In this document: one piece after another, positions 13,791 to 27,344 of the stretch
How the letters are laid out: each line of letters opens with the position of its first letter
Numbering within the stretch: the stretch's first letter is position 1
DNA from: Chrysomallon squamiferum
Lineage: Eukaryota; Animalia; Mollusca
Assembly (NCBI GenBank): GCA_012295275.1
Contig: CM022665.1
Location: 17,608,001-17,672,000, forward strand
DNA length: 64,000 bases
Direction of reading: 5' to 3'
Program-made: the position numbers and the translations under genes
Notes under the pieces: model-generated
What the model saw: the letters and a program-made list of their open reading frames with translations, nothing else
Database searches by the model: none
Told to the model about the DNA's origin: nothing

Positions 13791-15529
13791 TCTTTTTATT
13801 CTTTTAGTAATTTTCAAATAGATAACATGTAACTCTATTTTCACTGTTGTAGATGGGTAGTATCTGACTGGAAATCAAATCTTGTTTCTAGAACTGTTCC
13901 TTAATCATTTTCAAAATTGATTAGTGATAACTAAGTGATTCAGTATATATTAGAAACTAAAAATAGTTTCTGTATTTCTATACTGGGTCTTGTTCAATAA
14001 TGTTGGAAACTGAAAATATAAATACACCTGGAAGTAAACAACAAACTTCTTACCTATTATTTATTTGGACTCATAGAAAAATAAAAGGCTTCAACATTTG
14101 TTTTTTAAATATGATTTTTTTTTTCTACATTTACATTCCCATCTTTATAATAGAATCAAAAAGCAGGAAATGGAAAATAGATCTCATTGTTTTCTGTGAT
14201 GTTTGAGAAAAATATCAGTTGGTGGTTATCTTTTTCATTTTGATTTTTAAAGAAAAAAGGGTTTATGTAAAAAAAAAAAAAAAAAAAAAAGGAATTTAAG
14301 ATCTTTTAAGAAATATATTTTATACATACGTAGGCTTTCATTCATAATCATTACTAATATCAAAGGTAATTTTTGGTTGTTCTTTGTTCTGTTACAGTGA
14401 TTTTTCAAGTGATAATTTATAATTTAATAATTAATTTTTTTTTTGATAGATAAATTATTATAAGCTGTTGTAAATTTAAAAAATAAAGATCCAATTATCT
14501 GTGATTTTATTTTTTTAAATTTAAAGTTTGTATTTGTTCAATTTTATATTTTCATCACTTAATATCAAAATATGTTTAAATACTTTGATATATATATTAT
14601 TTAAATCCATTTTTTTTATTGTATTCACATCTGTATGCATGTGTAATTTAACAGCATATTTTCAGTGCAGCTGATTTTTATTGTTTCTTTATATCATGAT
14701 ATAAAAATATTTTATAGAGGTTTATTTATTTTATTCAGAAATTGTGATTAACAAACTCAATTCTGATTTGTGTAATCCATGAAATAAACATATTTACAGT
14801 ATAACATCTTTTTATTTCCATTCAAATCTTCTCTTAATTTATAACATATTGACTAGCTTAATATTTAAAGGTCATTGCAATAATCTGTAATTAGTAACTA
14901 TTAACAATTCCTTATTTATCACCATGCTATATTGGTAATATTATTGTATGGTTTTGAGTGAGTGTGTATGTGTGTGTGTGTTTCTATCTAATTCAGTGTC
15001 ATTCTTTCTTCTCTATCTCTCTTTCATCTGTTTTTTTCATTTCCTCTCTCTCTCACAAAATATATATATACACACACACAAATATCTTCTTTGTGTATTG
15101 TTTATATTCTCTGCATACAGAATGAAATGAAAGAGTTTGTCATTTCTGTGTATGTTTATGCAAGTTAGAGAAAAAGTGACAGCCTGCAAGCCAACCAGCA
15201 TCTCATGTTATTAGTTGACTTAACTATTTTTAAATAATCTCAACAAGATCATTTTTATTTAAGTGATTAAAAAAATATGTAATTAGAAAACATTATAATA
15301 AATAATTACAGGAGAGTGGAATCATTAAAAAGAAAATTTGAAATTTAGTGTGTTTGTATGTTTTATTGTACATAAGAATGTTAAGAATGAAAATGTTAAA
15401 AAACAGTGGCTAAGTGAAGAAAAAATATCAACCTTTTTCCATATTTTAAATAAAACAAAACAATTACTTCTTACATTAATTTAGACATAAAACTGAACAG
15501 CAGGCTAACTTGTATAAGCTAATAATGAA

Positions 15530-16415
15530 ATTTAAACATCCTAACACATGCTACAATTCTTGTATTAATTTAGATCCAAAAAAATACCCCGTCTTCAACC
15601 AACAAGAAACAATTATAAATTAAAATTACAGTTCAGTGATCTAATGGTATAATTCTTATATCAGATAAAGCAAAATATACTTCCTTGATTTCTAATACAG
15701 TGTTACAATTCTTAATTTAGATCCAATTAATATATTAAGGCCATACAATAACTTACATACGTTATCTTGAATCAGCAAATAATTAAAATAAATTTCTAAT
15801 GCATTCACACTATACAGTAATGTTTAAACCCTATATTGAATCAGCCAATAATTGTAATAAAATTGTTAACATTCACACTAGTCAATAATTCTTATACCAA
15901 TCTTGAATTAAGAAATAATTATAATAGAATTCTAATACATTAACACCAAACAGTAACTTATATAACCTATCCTAATTCAGTAAATAATAGTAATAGAATA
16001 TATTCACACTATACAGTAATTCTTATACTGTACCTTGTATTAACAAAAATTAAAATTCTAGTACATTCTCACTTCACAGAAGTCATATATCCTATCTTAA
16101 ATCAGTAAATAATTGTAATAAAATTCTAATAAATTAACTCTATACAATAACCATTATACTGTGTTTGAAATAAAAAATAATTAAAATTCTAATACATTCA
16201 TACTATACATAAATTCTTATATCCTATCTTGAATCAGCCAATAAATGTAATAAAATTCTAATAAATTAACACTATAAAATAACTGTTATACCTTGTCTTG
16301 AATTAACGAATAATTAAAATTCTAATCCATTCACACTATTCAGTTATTCTTATACCCTATCCTGAATCCGTATATAATTATAACAAATCCTAACTGATTC
16401 ATATGCTATAATTCC
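15530..16415. repeat. Degenerate ~65-bp minisatellite (about 10 clear copies) in the 3' UTR of the JmjC-like gene; terminal unit overlaps the stop codon
   Basis: Unit approximately ATTCTAATACATTCACACTATACAGTAATTCTTATATCCTATCTTGAATCAGCAAATAATT(GTAAT)AAA. TTCACACT-like anchors near 15805, 15873, 15941, 16004, 16067, 16136, 16197, 16266, 16330 and 16398. Confidence 0.85.
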
Positions 16416-17299
16416 TCATGTTTGGATTTCTTTTTTTTATCTTTCTGCCTTTTTTCATGTTTCCCAGGCTTTTCCTTTTTCTCCTTTTTCTTTTTTATTT
16501 CCTCTTTTTCATCAACTTTTTTTCACTTCTTTTATTCCTGTTGTCTTGGCTTCTTGTACGTCTTCATCCATGATGATTTCCTCAACTACTGATACATCAA
16601 TAACTTGATAATTTTCTTCTGCTTCTGTGAACTCTGAACTTTCCTCCAAGTCTTCTTCTTTCTTTTCTAAATACATTAACAAATACAACCCTGGTGAATA
16701 TTTTAATATTAAATTACCAAACACCAAATAATACAAAATAATAATTAATTAATAAAATTAAATTAAATTAAATTAAAAATAAAAAATAAAATAAAAGAGA
16801 GAAGAAATCAAACACCAAAATGAATTTTTAATTTCAAAATTTCAAGCACAAAAAAAACTGATGTGATAATTAGGAGCAACTCATAAAAATATTTTTATTT
16901 GTTTTCAGAGACCAAAATATCAAATAACTTACAGTAAAAAAAAATGCCATTCAAAAATCAAATAAATGTAAATGGTATCTTTTAACAAAAGTTATAAAAA
17001 TTGTAATTATACAAACTAGGTTTAAGCTGTTCTTTTGCTTTTTCCCTTGCAGTCTTTGGAGTTGTATCTTTTTCTTCTGGTGCTTTGCCACCTGAATCAA
17101 TAAAATGAAAATATATATTTTTACATATTAGTTACCATTTTGTATTGAGATTATTACAAAAGAAAACAGAATTAAAGTTATGTGGTGTTTTCAATAAATA
17201 AAATTAAGATAATTATAAAATAAAGAACATTTAATTTCTTTTTTTATTATTATTAATTTATTATCTTCATCATTAATATTATTATCATTTTTATTCTTT

Positions 17300-17334
<35 letters not shown>

Positions 17335-17735
17335 TATTCATTATTGTTATTAATTTATCATCATGATCACCTAGGTTTTTCACTTTCTGCTGCATTTTTT
17401 TTTCCATGTCAGGCAGTTTTCCAGTCACTGAGAACTCCTCTATACTTTCCATGATGACATTTTCTATCACCTTCATATAGTCAGCTAACTGATTTGTAAC
17501 TGCAGCCTCGGCATCCATTGTGCCAGCCTATAGTAGTTGAAAACAGTAATAAACAGTGTCAAATGCATAAATGCAAAATCCATAATAATTAAAATGATGA
17601 TTCTGATAATAACATTGATTACTATTATTCTACTTTTTGTTTTTGGTAAGGTTATAACTGTTATATCATTTTCATCATCATTTCTATTATTGCTATCATT
17701 ATTATTATTGTTATTATTGTGTCTATTGCTATTAC

Positions 17736-17797
<62 letters not shown>

Positions 17798-18945
17798 GTG
17801 TTTTCTAATATATTTTCTTATTATAAATAAGGGCTCCTACAACATCAACCAACAAGAAGCCGAATGAAGTAAAAGAAAACAGCTATTCAAATTATACTGG
17901 GTTGGAATAAACGTTCATAGCATTTTTTATGAGAATTTCAAAGACAGTATTTGCCACATGTTTCAGTAAAAAGTGAAATGAAATCATGTTCTCAAAGGCC
18001 ACACAATGAAAAATGCTATGAACTATTGTTCCAACTCGGTTATAATTTTCAGTTATTATATTTGACCACTATACTTTATCTTTTATTGATGTTTCTTTGG
18101 CTTCTTCTTGTTCGTCAGTGAGTATGTCTTGATAGGCAGTAAGAAGATCATCCAAGTCAAGATGTATGTGTGTTAGTTTCTGAAACAGTACATACAACTA
18201 TAATAAATGAAAAAAAATATTAAGAAAAACATTTTCTAAAGCCAACTCTGCCCTTTCTAAAATTAACAATTAATTGATTATGTGCATCATTACAATAATA
18301 TTAGAAGGAAACTACTGCCATTTCACTAACTGTTCTTGGCAATATTAAATATTTTATATTAGATGCACTTTCCCATAGGAACACATCTACCAAAGCCTTT
18401 GATAAAAAGGTGTAATAAGAAATACTCTTTTGGGAATAAAACTGTATAAATGTCTATATAAAGTCTGTACTGGCTATTTTACTGTGGGATTAAATGAAAT
18501 TATTCAGAAATTAAAAAACCAAAAACCAAAACAGTATTGTGATAACCCAGGATTATCAAAATCAGAATATGTGCAAATTATTTATGAAATGGTAAATCCA
18601 ATAATAAATTTCAATATGATATCTCTTTTAGGTATTTTAATCAATCACTTTTTTTTTTTTTAATTTTAAAAATTAAAAAAAGAAATTAAAAAGTTACAAG
18701 AAGAAGAAGGAAAGAAAAAAAAGACATTCATAATCAGTATAAGAATAACAAGTTTTCAAAGATTTAAATTTAAATAAGTAACAGCTGATGTTTATTTTTG
18801 GAGGATTCTGTTTCTTCTGTTGTTTCCTCTCCATATTTTTACCAGTAGTGGTTTGTTTGCATAACTAAATTATGTCTTAACTTAAACAGTATAAGACAGC
18901 ATGATCAAATTAAGTAAAGAAGTAAATTGTTTATTTTACTTCATT

Positions 18946-18989
<44 letters not shown>

Positions 18990-21900
18990 TTGAATATATT
19001 GTTGTTGTTTTGATTTTTTTAATCAACTCACCTCTGGTGTCATAAGTTCCAAATCAGCAACAGAAAATGTTTTATCAGAGTTGAGATCCAGAATCTCAAA
19101 AAGCTGGTCATGACAATAAAATACATATCATTTTTTAAAAACACTTAACAACAGTGACTAGGCCCTGAAAAACATCTCACTCCAAACATAACAACAACAG
19201 CTAAATCAGTTAATATACATATGTTGTTATATTACTCAATATTATTCTTTCTTTTACAATTACAAAAAATATAACTTTTATTATTTTATTCAATTAACTG
19301 TATTATTAGAAGAAATTGTAATATTTGATGCAAATGAAACAACATATATTCATAATTACTAAAACAGATTTTAAAAATATAACTGATATAAGGCTTAATA
19401 TAATTTATTTCTCATATATTATAATGATATATTTAGTTTAAATTATTACCTAGAATATATTCAATATTACCATAATGAATCATAAAAAAGTTTTTAAAGA
19501 AACTTTTACACACGAAACTATATTGTTGAAATGATTAATAAATAAATAAAATATAAATAAAACATTTTAAAAATAATAAAATTTTGAATTAAATAATATT
19601 ACTTCAGCTGTGATTTCTGCATATTCATCTGTCCAGTTCACCATAGCTGACATCAATTTCTTGTCCTTTAATTAAGAAAAAATAAAAAAAAAATAATAAT
19701 AATATTCAGCCAAGGTGACAAACCAACCTGTTAAAAAAGATAACCAAACCGATATACATTTCTAAAGTGATAATAATTTTAGGAAAATAGAAGATTTTAC
19801 TAGCAATTAAGCCCTCAAAAAAAAAAAAAAAAAAAGTAATAATAAATAAATAAATACATAAATGTAAATGAATTATGTGTTTATGTCATATAGCAGTTAC
19901 AAATGTGTTTTTTTTCCTCATACTGATTCATAATCCTGTTTTCATCATTTTTATAACTTTAAATACTTCAAATTCATCTGTATAATTAACTGCATGACCA
20001 ATTATTATCATAATTGCAATATGATAAGACTTGTAAAACCGGATTATAAGAAAAAGCCTCAAAACTAATGTAAGTAAGAATATGATGTAATGCCTGCATG
20101 AAAAATTATTATTACTGGAAAAATGTATTTAAAATATAATAATTATGTAAAGATATGAAATGAAAACATATATAATGGAAAAAAAAATTATAGTGGAAAT
20201 GTATGTATTGTAAACATTTATTCCTCTAGGTTGTTTTGATATCTACAAATGAAGATCTCTGTCAGTTCTAATTAATGAAATGTAACAAACTATTTTGAAA
20301 CACCATGGATATGCTTACCTTTTTCAGTTCAGCTTCAAAATGTTGGTATGTGAGATTTGGAGAAGAAATAAGATAGGAAGAAAAGTGCTGACTGTAAAAA
20401 AACAATCTCAATGAATAGATACCAACATCTAAATTATCAACACCAATCCACCATTACCCCTGATACCAGCACTGCTATTTTCATTATTTCACAAATAACA
20501 AAAATTAAAATCTTTTCTAGACATGTTCAGTTCATTTTCACAATGCTGATATGCTAACTGGAGATGAAAGAAAATAATCTTGACAAAAAAACTGTATTTA
20601 ATACACCAATGATGCCTTTCATAACTAGCATCCCTTCATTTTCCTTGCAACCTTTTGATATCCAACAATAAAACCTATAACTTTTTTCTTTAATTTTTCT
20701 ACATTAAAAGGATAACTTATCTAAATTTACATAGATTATATACTCTGGATAAGTATAAATGTTTTCAAATTTTTAAATCAAAAATAAATTAGCATTATTA
20801 TCTTATTATTTATTCATTAAGTTATCTTGTATATTTCTTTTTTCTTTTAATATGGTTATTTATTTTTATGTTACTGCTGTATACAGATTCTTTGTAATCA
20901 TTAACAACACATACCACACCATTATTGTAAGCACAACATCAAACACCAGTTACCATCACCAACAGTTATTTTATTCCACACACAAACAATGCTAAAACAA
21001 ATTATCTTGTGATCTGGCAAATTATTATAATAATTTTAACAAAAAAAGGAATTAATATCATTACAAATTCTCTGGATCCATTTTCACATAACAATAATAT
21101 AGTATCATTCCATAATTCTAGGTAAAATGTCTTTGCATGCCATAACAGTAAAGTACCAAAAGAATCATTGTAACAATCAATGTCATTACCACTTCAACAT
21201 ACTAAATAGAATTTTCAGACATTATTAACATATTACAAACAACCACATTCAAAGTCATGAAGTCTTTTTATTAATAAAACTAAATTAGAATAATCAAATG
21301 CTCAAGAAGAGTCATCAATGCCAAAAAGATGAATTTTTAAAAATTAAATCAAATGATTAACAAATATTAAAAAATAAGGTACTACTATGACATAAAAAAT
21401 TAATTTTAGTATTTATAAAAATGAATGGCCTAGAGAAGAATGTATAATGGTTAAAGTATGAAGCCAAAATATATTCTATAAACTTGTAAATATTTTCTTA
21501 TGACAGTCTCCAGAAAACAAAGAAAAAAGATATATCCTACAAAATGATTCCTGATGACAGTCTCCTGAAAAAAATAGAACTATCTCATTAAAGTATACAA
21601 CATTTATTTAGACAGATTTCAAACAAACTTACACAGCAATGAGCATCTTGGGATCTGTGAGAGCTGTCTGATCAGGAAATGTGGCCATGTTGAGGGTGGG
21701 TGGTGATGTGTAATTAGCACATTCTGATGGCTTCACATTCTTTATCTTGTGTTGCCAAGTCAGATCCACAGCTTTGGTGCCAGTAACTGAGTTTTGTTGC
21801 CAATACCTAAAAACACACACATTTTTACAATACATTTACAAATAACAGATATAACACAATTTTATTTATGTTTGTAATATTACCCATTAAATTTCAAATT

Positions 21901-22369
21901 ATTAAACAAAGAAAAATAAGTCTATTACCTACAACTCACCATTTTGTTGGAATAAAAATGCAGTCTCCAGAATTAACAGTAATTTTGTGGTATTCCACCT
22001 GACGCATAGAAGGAAATTTTTTGTAGTCAACCTTCTTAACATCTACTTCATGAAAATTATGAGGCATCTGAAACAGAAAAATGGTTAAAGCAACTGTATG
22101 TTAAAAAAATTAATAGTTATTAACAGGATTAGTTAAAAGTAACCAAAACAAATAAAATCTATGGATAAATATCAATAGAAAGTTTGTTCAAAGAATAGAA
22201 CTTTTTTTTAAAAGAAATAAAGATTGAGAAACTATATGGGGGGGGGAAATTAAATTTAAATTTAAACTGCATTCATTAAAGTTAGTTTTAATATTCATTT
22301 CACAAATAGCAATTAAAATTGTTTAAAAATTTCATAACAATTCCTTTGATAAATATATTAAACATTAAA

Positions 22370-22409
<40 letters not shown>

Positions 22410-24094
22410 GTATGCATAAACATATGTATATATGTGTGTATGTGTATCTATACATAAGTGTACATGTGTGTGTTTGGCTAATTCAGATTATATAAAGTTT
22501 TTAAACAAAATGTACTACATTATTTCAACTCCTAACAATATTCTGCAGTTAATTCTTACCACATCACCAAATTCAATGTTGTTTACAAGCACTAAATCCT
22601 GTTTTCCAGCAAACACACATCGAATTGTATCAACATTTCTTCGAGTAACAGGTGATGAAAAATCAAATCCATAGACATTCAGAGACTTCGGTTTAAAGAA
22701 AAAAAAAATTAAGTTTCTAAAATCTTTTTTTGTTTCAATAATTGTTTTAATAAAAAAAAAATTATAAATCTATTTCAGTTATGAACAATTATTTTTAAAT
22801 TACCTATGAATAGTAATAGTAATAGTAGTTGTACTAATTGTAATAATAATTTTTTTTTTAAGTATTACTTTCTTACAATTATTAACTTTAAATATATCTA
22901 TTAAAAAAAAATTAAATTTTAAAATATTTTTAAAAATATTTTAAAATCATTATTCAAAAAGCATATCATGTACAAATAATTATTAGATACTCTGCCACTA
23001 TTATTGATTCCTTTTATCTTTTAAAAATATTAATTACTCTAAAATACAAATAGCTAAACAACAAAATAAAAGAGGACAATTTTTTATATCAATAACAATT
23101 TTCTAGATATATCAGATTAGTGGATTAAATATTCTATCTTTCTGATTTATACTTACATTTGTAGAAAAACTTTTAATCACTGGATCACATAGTAATGATG
23201 ATGGTATTGGCACATCTTCACTAGTTAAAGTCAAACAATATTTTTATGCCATAATTTTTGCATAATAAAATATATACATTGATTAGAATATATGTTATCC
23301 CATAAATGACTATTTTCACTTTGTATATGGCTTTAAAAATAAAAAAACTGGAATTCCTAGCATTGAAATCTGAGTATGTCTGAAATGAATCTGCACTAAT
23401 GTTTTCAAAATAGTAGATAATCAAATTAATTAAAATACCAAATTATTAACAATAATGCCAGAAACTTGTTTTGGGGGGTTTTTTTTGCTCCAAAATTACA
23501 ATACACATACCATATCTCCATTAGTCATTACAAGTATGCATTAATTATAATCTAATATGGATGTTTGTGTGTGTGTATAAAATAAAATAACTGTCAGCTA
23601 TAACTAACATACAAACCTAAGAAAAGCTGGAACTTCCTTGTCATAAACTAATTTCTTGTTTTTATAATCCCTGATAAATTTCATAAATGTAATGTTCTGA
23701 GATTCTTCAGCTGAAAACCACTGTGTATGTGCTTGAGGGAGGTTCAGGAAATAACTGTCACTAGCCCATTTCTTTAATGCTGTTGATCCATTCATACAAC
23801 CTCGCATTACCAGAGGTATGTAAGGTGCTACATATTCACTGAAAAAAACTGTTGGTTTTGGAAAACGTTTATATATGTCCACATTATGGATCTTGCCTAC
23901 AGACCCAAATGATTCTAAATGTCCTGGCCATTTTACAGGGTCATCATTCAAGCTAATTCCATTTGGTGGCCAAACATCCTCTTCAAGGGTTTCTAAATCT
24001 GGAAGATCTTCATCATTAACATCATTCTCAATTTCAGATGATTTCTAAAATTATTAATAATAGTACTAATAAAAATTCTACATAATTCCATAAA

Positions 24095-24131
<37 letters not shown>

Positions 24132-24537
24132 GGAAATTTTATAATAATTGTTGATAGTTTATCCAATTTATATACTATCATAACTATGTTGTGTTTATTA
24201 TACATTCAGTGATTCAACTATGAATTTCCCTATAGTTCGATTGTTGTAACTTTTACATGATTGAACAATCACTATACCTAATTTTATATTTATTTATTTT
24301 TCAAATTACTGTTATGATTTATAAATTTTGGGCTGGACAAAGTTTTAAAAATCTCATTTCTTTTTTAAATATCACGTGGATGTTGATTCGGTATGGTTTC
24401 TGAAAATGACTTACGTCGTCTGCTACTTTGCTCTTTTTAATTTGCTTAGTGTCTTCACCCGATGCCTTTTTGAAATGAACAGATATTCCCATCCAAAATA
24501 TAATTATGAAAAGTAATAAATATTTTAAAATGGACAT
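16406..24537 (-). CDS. Secretory-pathway JmjC (cupin-like 8 type) domain protein with EF-hand and C-terminal KHEEL; predicted catalytically inactive; ~615 aa if the last-exon frameshift is corrected
   Basis: 13 phase-consistent exons: 24537-24415, 24044-23617, 23220-23157, 22685-22560, 22067-21940, 21806-21633, 20391-20319, 19665-19603, 19103-19032, 18179-18075, 17527-17371, 17091-17017, 16666-16406 (one base too long). Hydrophobic N-terminus MSILKYLLLFIIIFWMGISV. JmjC-family motifs FFSEYVAPYIPLVMRG, KKW..DSY, VDYKKFP, VNSGDCIFIP.KW. EF-hand-like LFEILDLNSDKTFSVADL. Confidence 0.8.
17897..18040. mobile_element. Tiny mariner-like MITE (~144 bp), intronic
   Basis: TA|CTGGGTTGGAATAAACGTTCATAGCATTTTT ... 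AAAAATGCTATGAACTATTGTTCCAACTCGGT|TA: ~30-bp imperfect inverted repeats of mariner style with TA flanks. Confidence 0.7.
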
Positions 24538-24749
24538 GATTAAATGGTAAACAGCAAACCACAAACTGGCAATTCGTGAGAAAGGAACAGGTGTCAGTTT
24601 TAAATAGATAGGAGCAAGCCATTGTTGATAAATAAATTCACATACAACTGGTGTCCACTTCTCTGTTTATGCATTTCCATTCAATGCACAAAAACGACGC
24701 CAAACCAGTCGATTTAGATTTAATAATAATAATAATAATAATAATAATT

Positions 24750-24781
<32 letters not shown>

Positions 24782-25246
24782 TATAATTATTTCATCTAAA
24801 CAGCACCGACAAAATTATCTTGTAAAAATATTAGTCCAAATATCTTGTAGCTGTATGTTTAAATTTAATAAAATATTAAATTATTATTATTTTTTTAATA
24901 AAAGTGACTCCTTACAGAGTTTATTTGCAAATAGAACTTTTACAAAAATGAAAAATATAAATAAAATAAAATAAAATATATTTATTTATGTTTATCAATT
25001 CAGCTTTATTGAAAAAAGAATGGTTACAAAATTTACATATATGTGAAAAGAAAAATATTGTAATTTATTTCCTTTCTTATTGATCTAATATTGTTTAAAA
25101 TAATAGTTATTTCAGTTATAATAATTTATTAAGAACACAGAATATATTTCTTCGGTTCTTTCCGGCAAGCAACTTGTCCCAACCAAAATTATCACGTTTG
25201 CTATGCGAGACGTTGAAATCTCGTTCACGAGAAGTTAACAGCAACC
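24538..25246. promoter_or_regulatory. Probable bidirectional promoter region between the JmjC-like gene and SRRM1
   Basis: Divergent start codons 710 bp apart. CpG dinucleotides are locally enriched near both starts in an otherwise CpG-poor window. Confidence 0.55.
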
Positions 25247-27310
25247 ATGACGGACGCAGGCTTTTTCAAGGTTTGTTTCTTATTAAATTTATCGTAATTT
25301 CATATTTCATACAATTTAGCTGATATATGATATATTTAATGTTTCTGAAGTAGTTATATTGTTATATTGTTGAACAAAGACAAATATTTTCGTTACAAGA
25401 CCAAATACTCAAAGTAGTGATTTGTGAAAAGCTCCGTTTTCACAATTTCAGACATTTTATACATTTCGTAATGTGGATTTTATTTTTAATTTAAAGCTAA
25501 TTAACTGTACGAGTTTGATTTTATTATTATTTAGATAAACTGTTTAAATGCTGATAATGTATTTACGTTTGTCTTTAAATACATATTTTTATTTTCTGTT
25601 TAATTCGAATAACTAGCTTCTTGTTTCGCTCTTTTCAACTTTGTCGGATTGGAAAAAAACTTAAGTTTAAAAAAAAAAAAAAAAAAAAATTAAAACTATC
25701 ATCATGTGAATGTGATGATTATTATTATTTATTTATTTATTTATTATACTCTCAGTAAGTGTTTTTATTTGTAGGGCACCACTGCCGAGCAAGATAATCG
25801 TTTTGCTGATAAGAAGAAAAAATTGATGAAATCAATGAGATTTGCTGAGAATTTGGAGAAAAAGGCATTAGTTTACATCACTATTTTTAATATTTAACCA
25901 TCTAGCAAAGCCTAATGGATTAATTTAGATACATGCTACATCAAGGAAGTACATGTTTATAACTGGCCTGCATTTTGGAATAATCATGGATAAAAATTGA
26001 TATTTTTATGTAGATTTATCATTTAAAATAGTTTCTGCACCAGAAAATCTGTAAATTTATAGTTACTTGTGCATATGTTTTTAAGAAACAAATAGAATTC
26101 ACACTATGATATTTCATAGTCTGTAGTGAGTAATACAGTTACAGCTTTTACCATTGTTATTAAGTAAACATTTTTATATTACTCTTCATCAATAAAGGCA
26201 GTATGATAAGTTGAAATTAATTACAACTTCAGTATTCTGAATATGAAATTATATTAACAAAATCTCTGAATAATTTCTAAACAAAATGAAGAATATTGAT
26301 GTGAAATTCAGTTTATTTATTATCAGACTTTTATAATGATTGTATGTATTCTTTTTCACAGGTTGATATGGCAAAAGTCAATGTCGATACACTAAAACCA
26401 TGGATAGCACAGAGAATCACTGAACTACTGGGACTTGAAGATGATGTCATTGTTGAATTTGTATATAATCAGTTGGAGGAACGGGTAAGATAGATCTGGG
26501 TAAAACAAGTCTGTGATGTATTTTTTTTCCATTTAACAATAATTCACCATTTATTTGTTCTAGGGGCTGTTCAGTTTTCACAATTAAAGCAAGAAGAAAA
26601 GAGGGTTTTGTTTGTGTGTGTGAGTGCTCTGTTAAATTGTTATTAATAACTACTAATGAAAAAAAATTGTAGATTTGATGAAAGTGAAATAATATATTTT
26701 ACAGTCTTTAAAAAACAAAAATTCTTGTAAGTTTATAGGGATGTTTCGGTTACATTTTTGCCTGTATTGTCAGCTTTTGATCAGGGAAATATTTAAAAAA
26801 AAAAAAATTCCGTCAATACATATATGAAGTCTGAATATTGTATGTGTAACTTAAAAATAATTACTTTTTCATTAAGACAGATGAAAATGAAACATAATGT
26901 ACAGGTTTTAATAGTATTCACTGATTATTTATTCTTTCCCCCAAAATTTTATGTTTTAACACTTAAAATGTTCCATTATTCGATACCCTATCATGAAAAA
27001 AGGATAAATGTAGACAACAAATATATTTTTTTAGAAAAAAACCCAGTTGGAAAAAAACAGAAAAAAAGAATGGGATCAGGGAAAGATTCTGTCACTGGAC
27101 AATACAGAAATGTTTTTGTTATTTTATTAAAACAAGGGAAAGAGATTTGACTTAAAGGTTTGAATTGCCAGCAATTTTTTTTAATTATTATTATTATTAT
27201 TATACAGTAGACATTAAGAAAAGATCTTAGTACAAAGCTTCATAACATGCTTTGTACATTTGATCCATGTGTTTGTACCTTGCATTTCAGCCTGAAGAAA
27301 GGGTTATGGA

Positions 27311-27344
<34 letters not shown>

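Noticed and set aside
9835-15500. Additional gene between the SPRY and JmjC-like genes
   Set aside because: Only AT-rich low-complexity ORFs are present. The region is consistent with 3' UTR and intergenic sequence.
17537-17830. Poly-Leu ORF, and similar poly-Ile/Asn/Tyr-Ile/Cys-Val ORFs at 24651, 55926, 58417, 61103-61413 and 61753
   Set aside because: They are translations of (TTA)n, (TA)n and (CA)n microsatellites with no splice or homology support.
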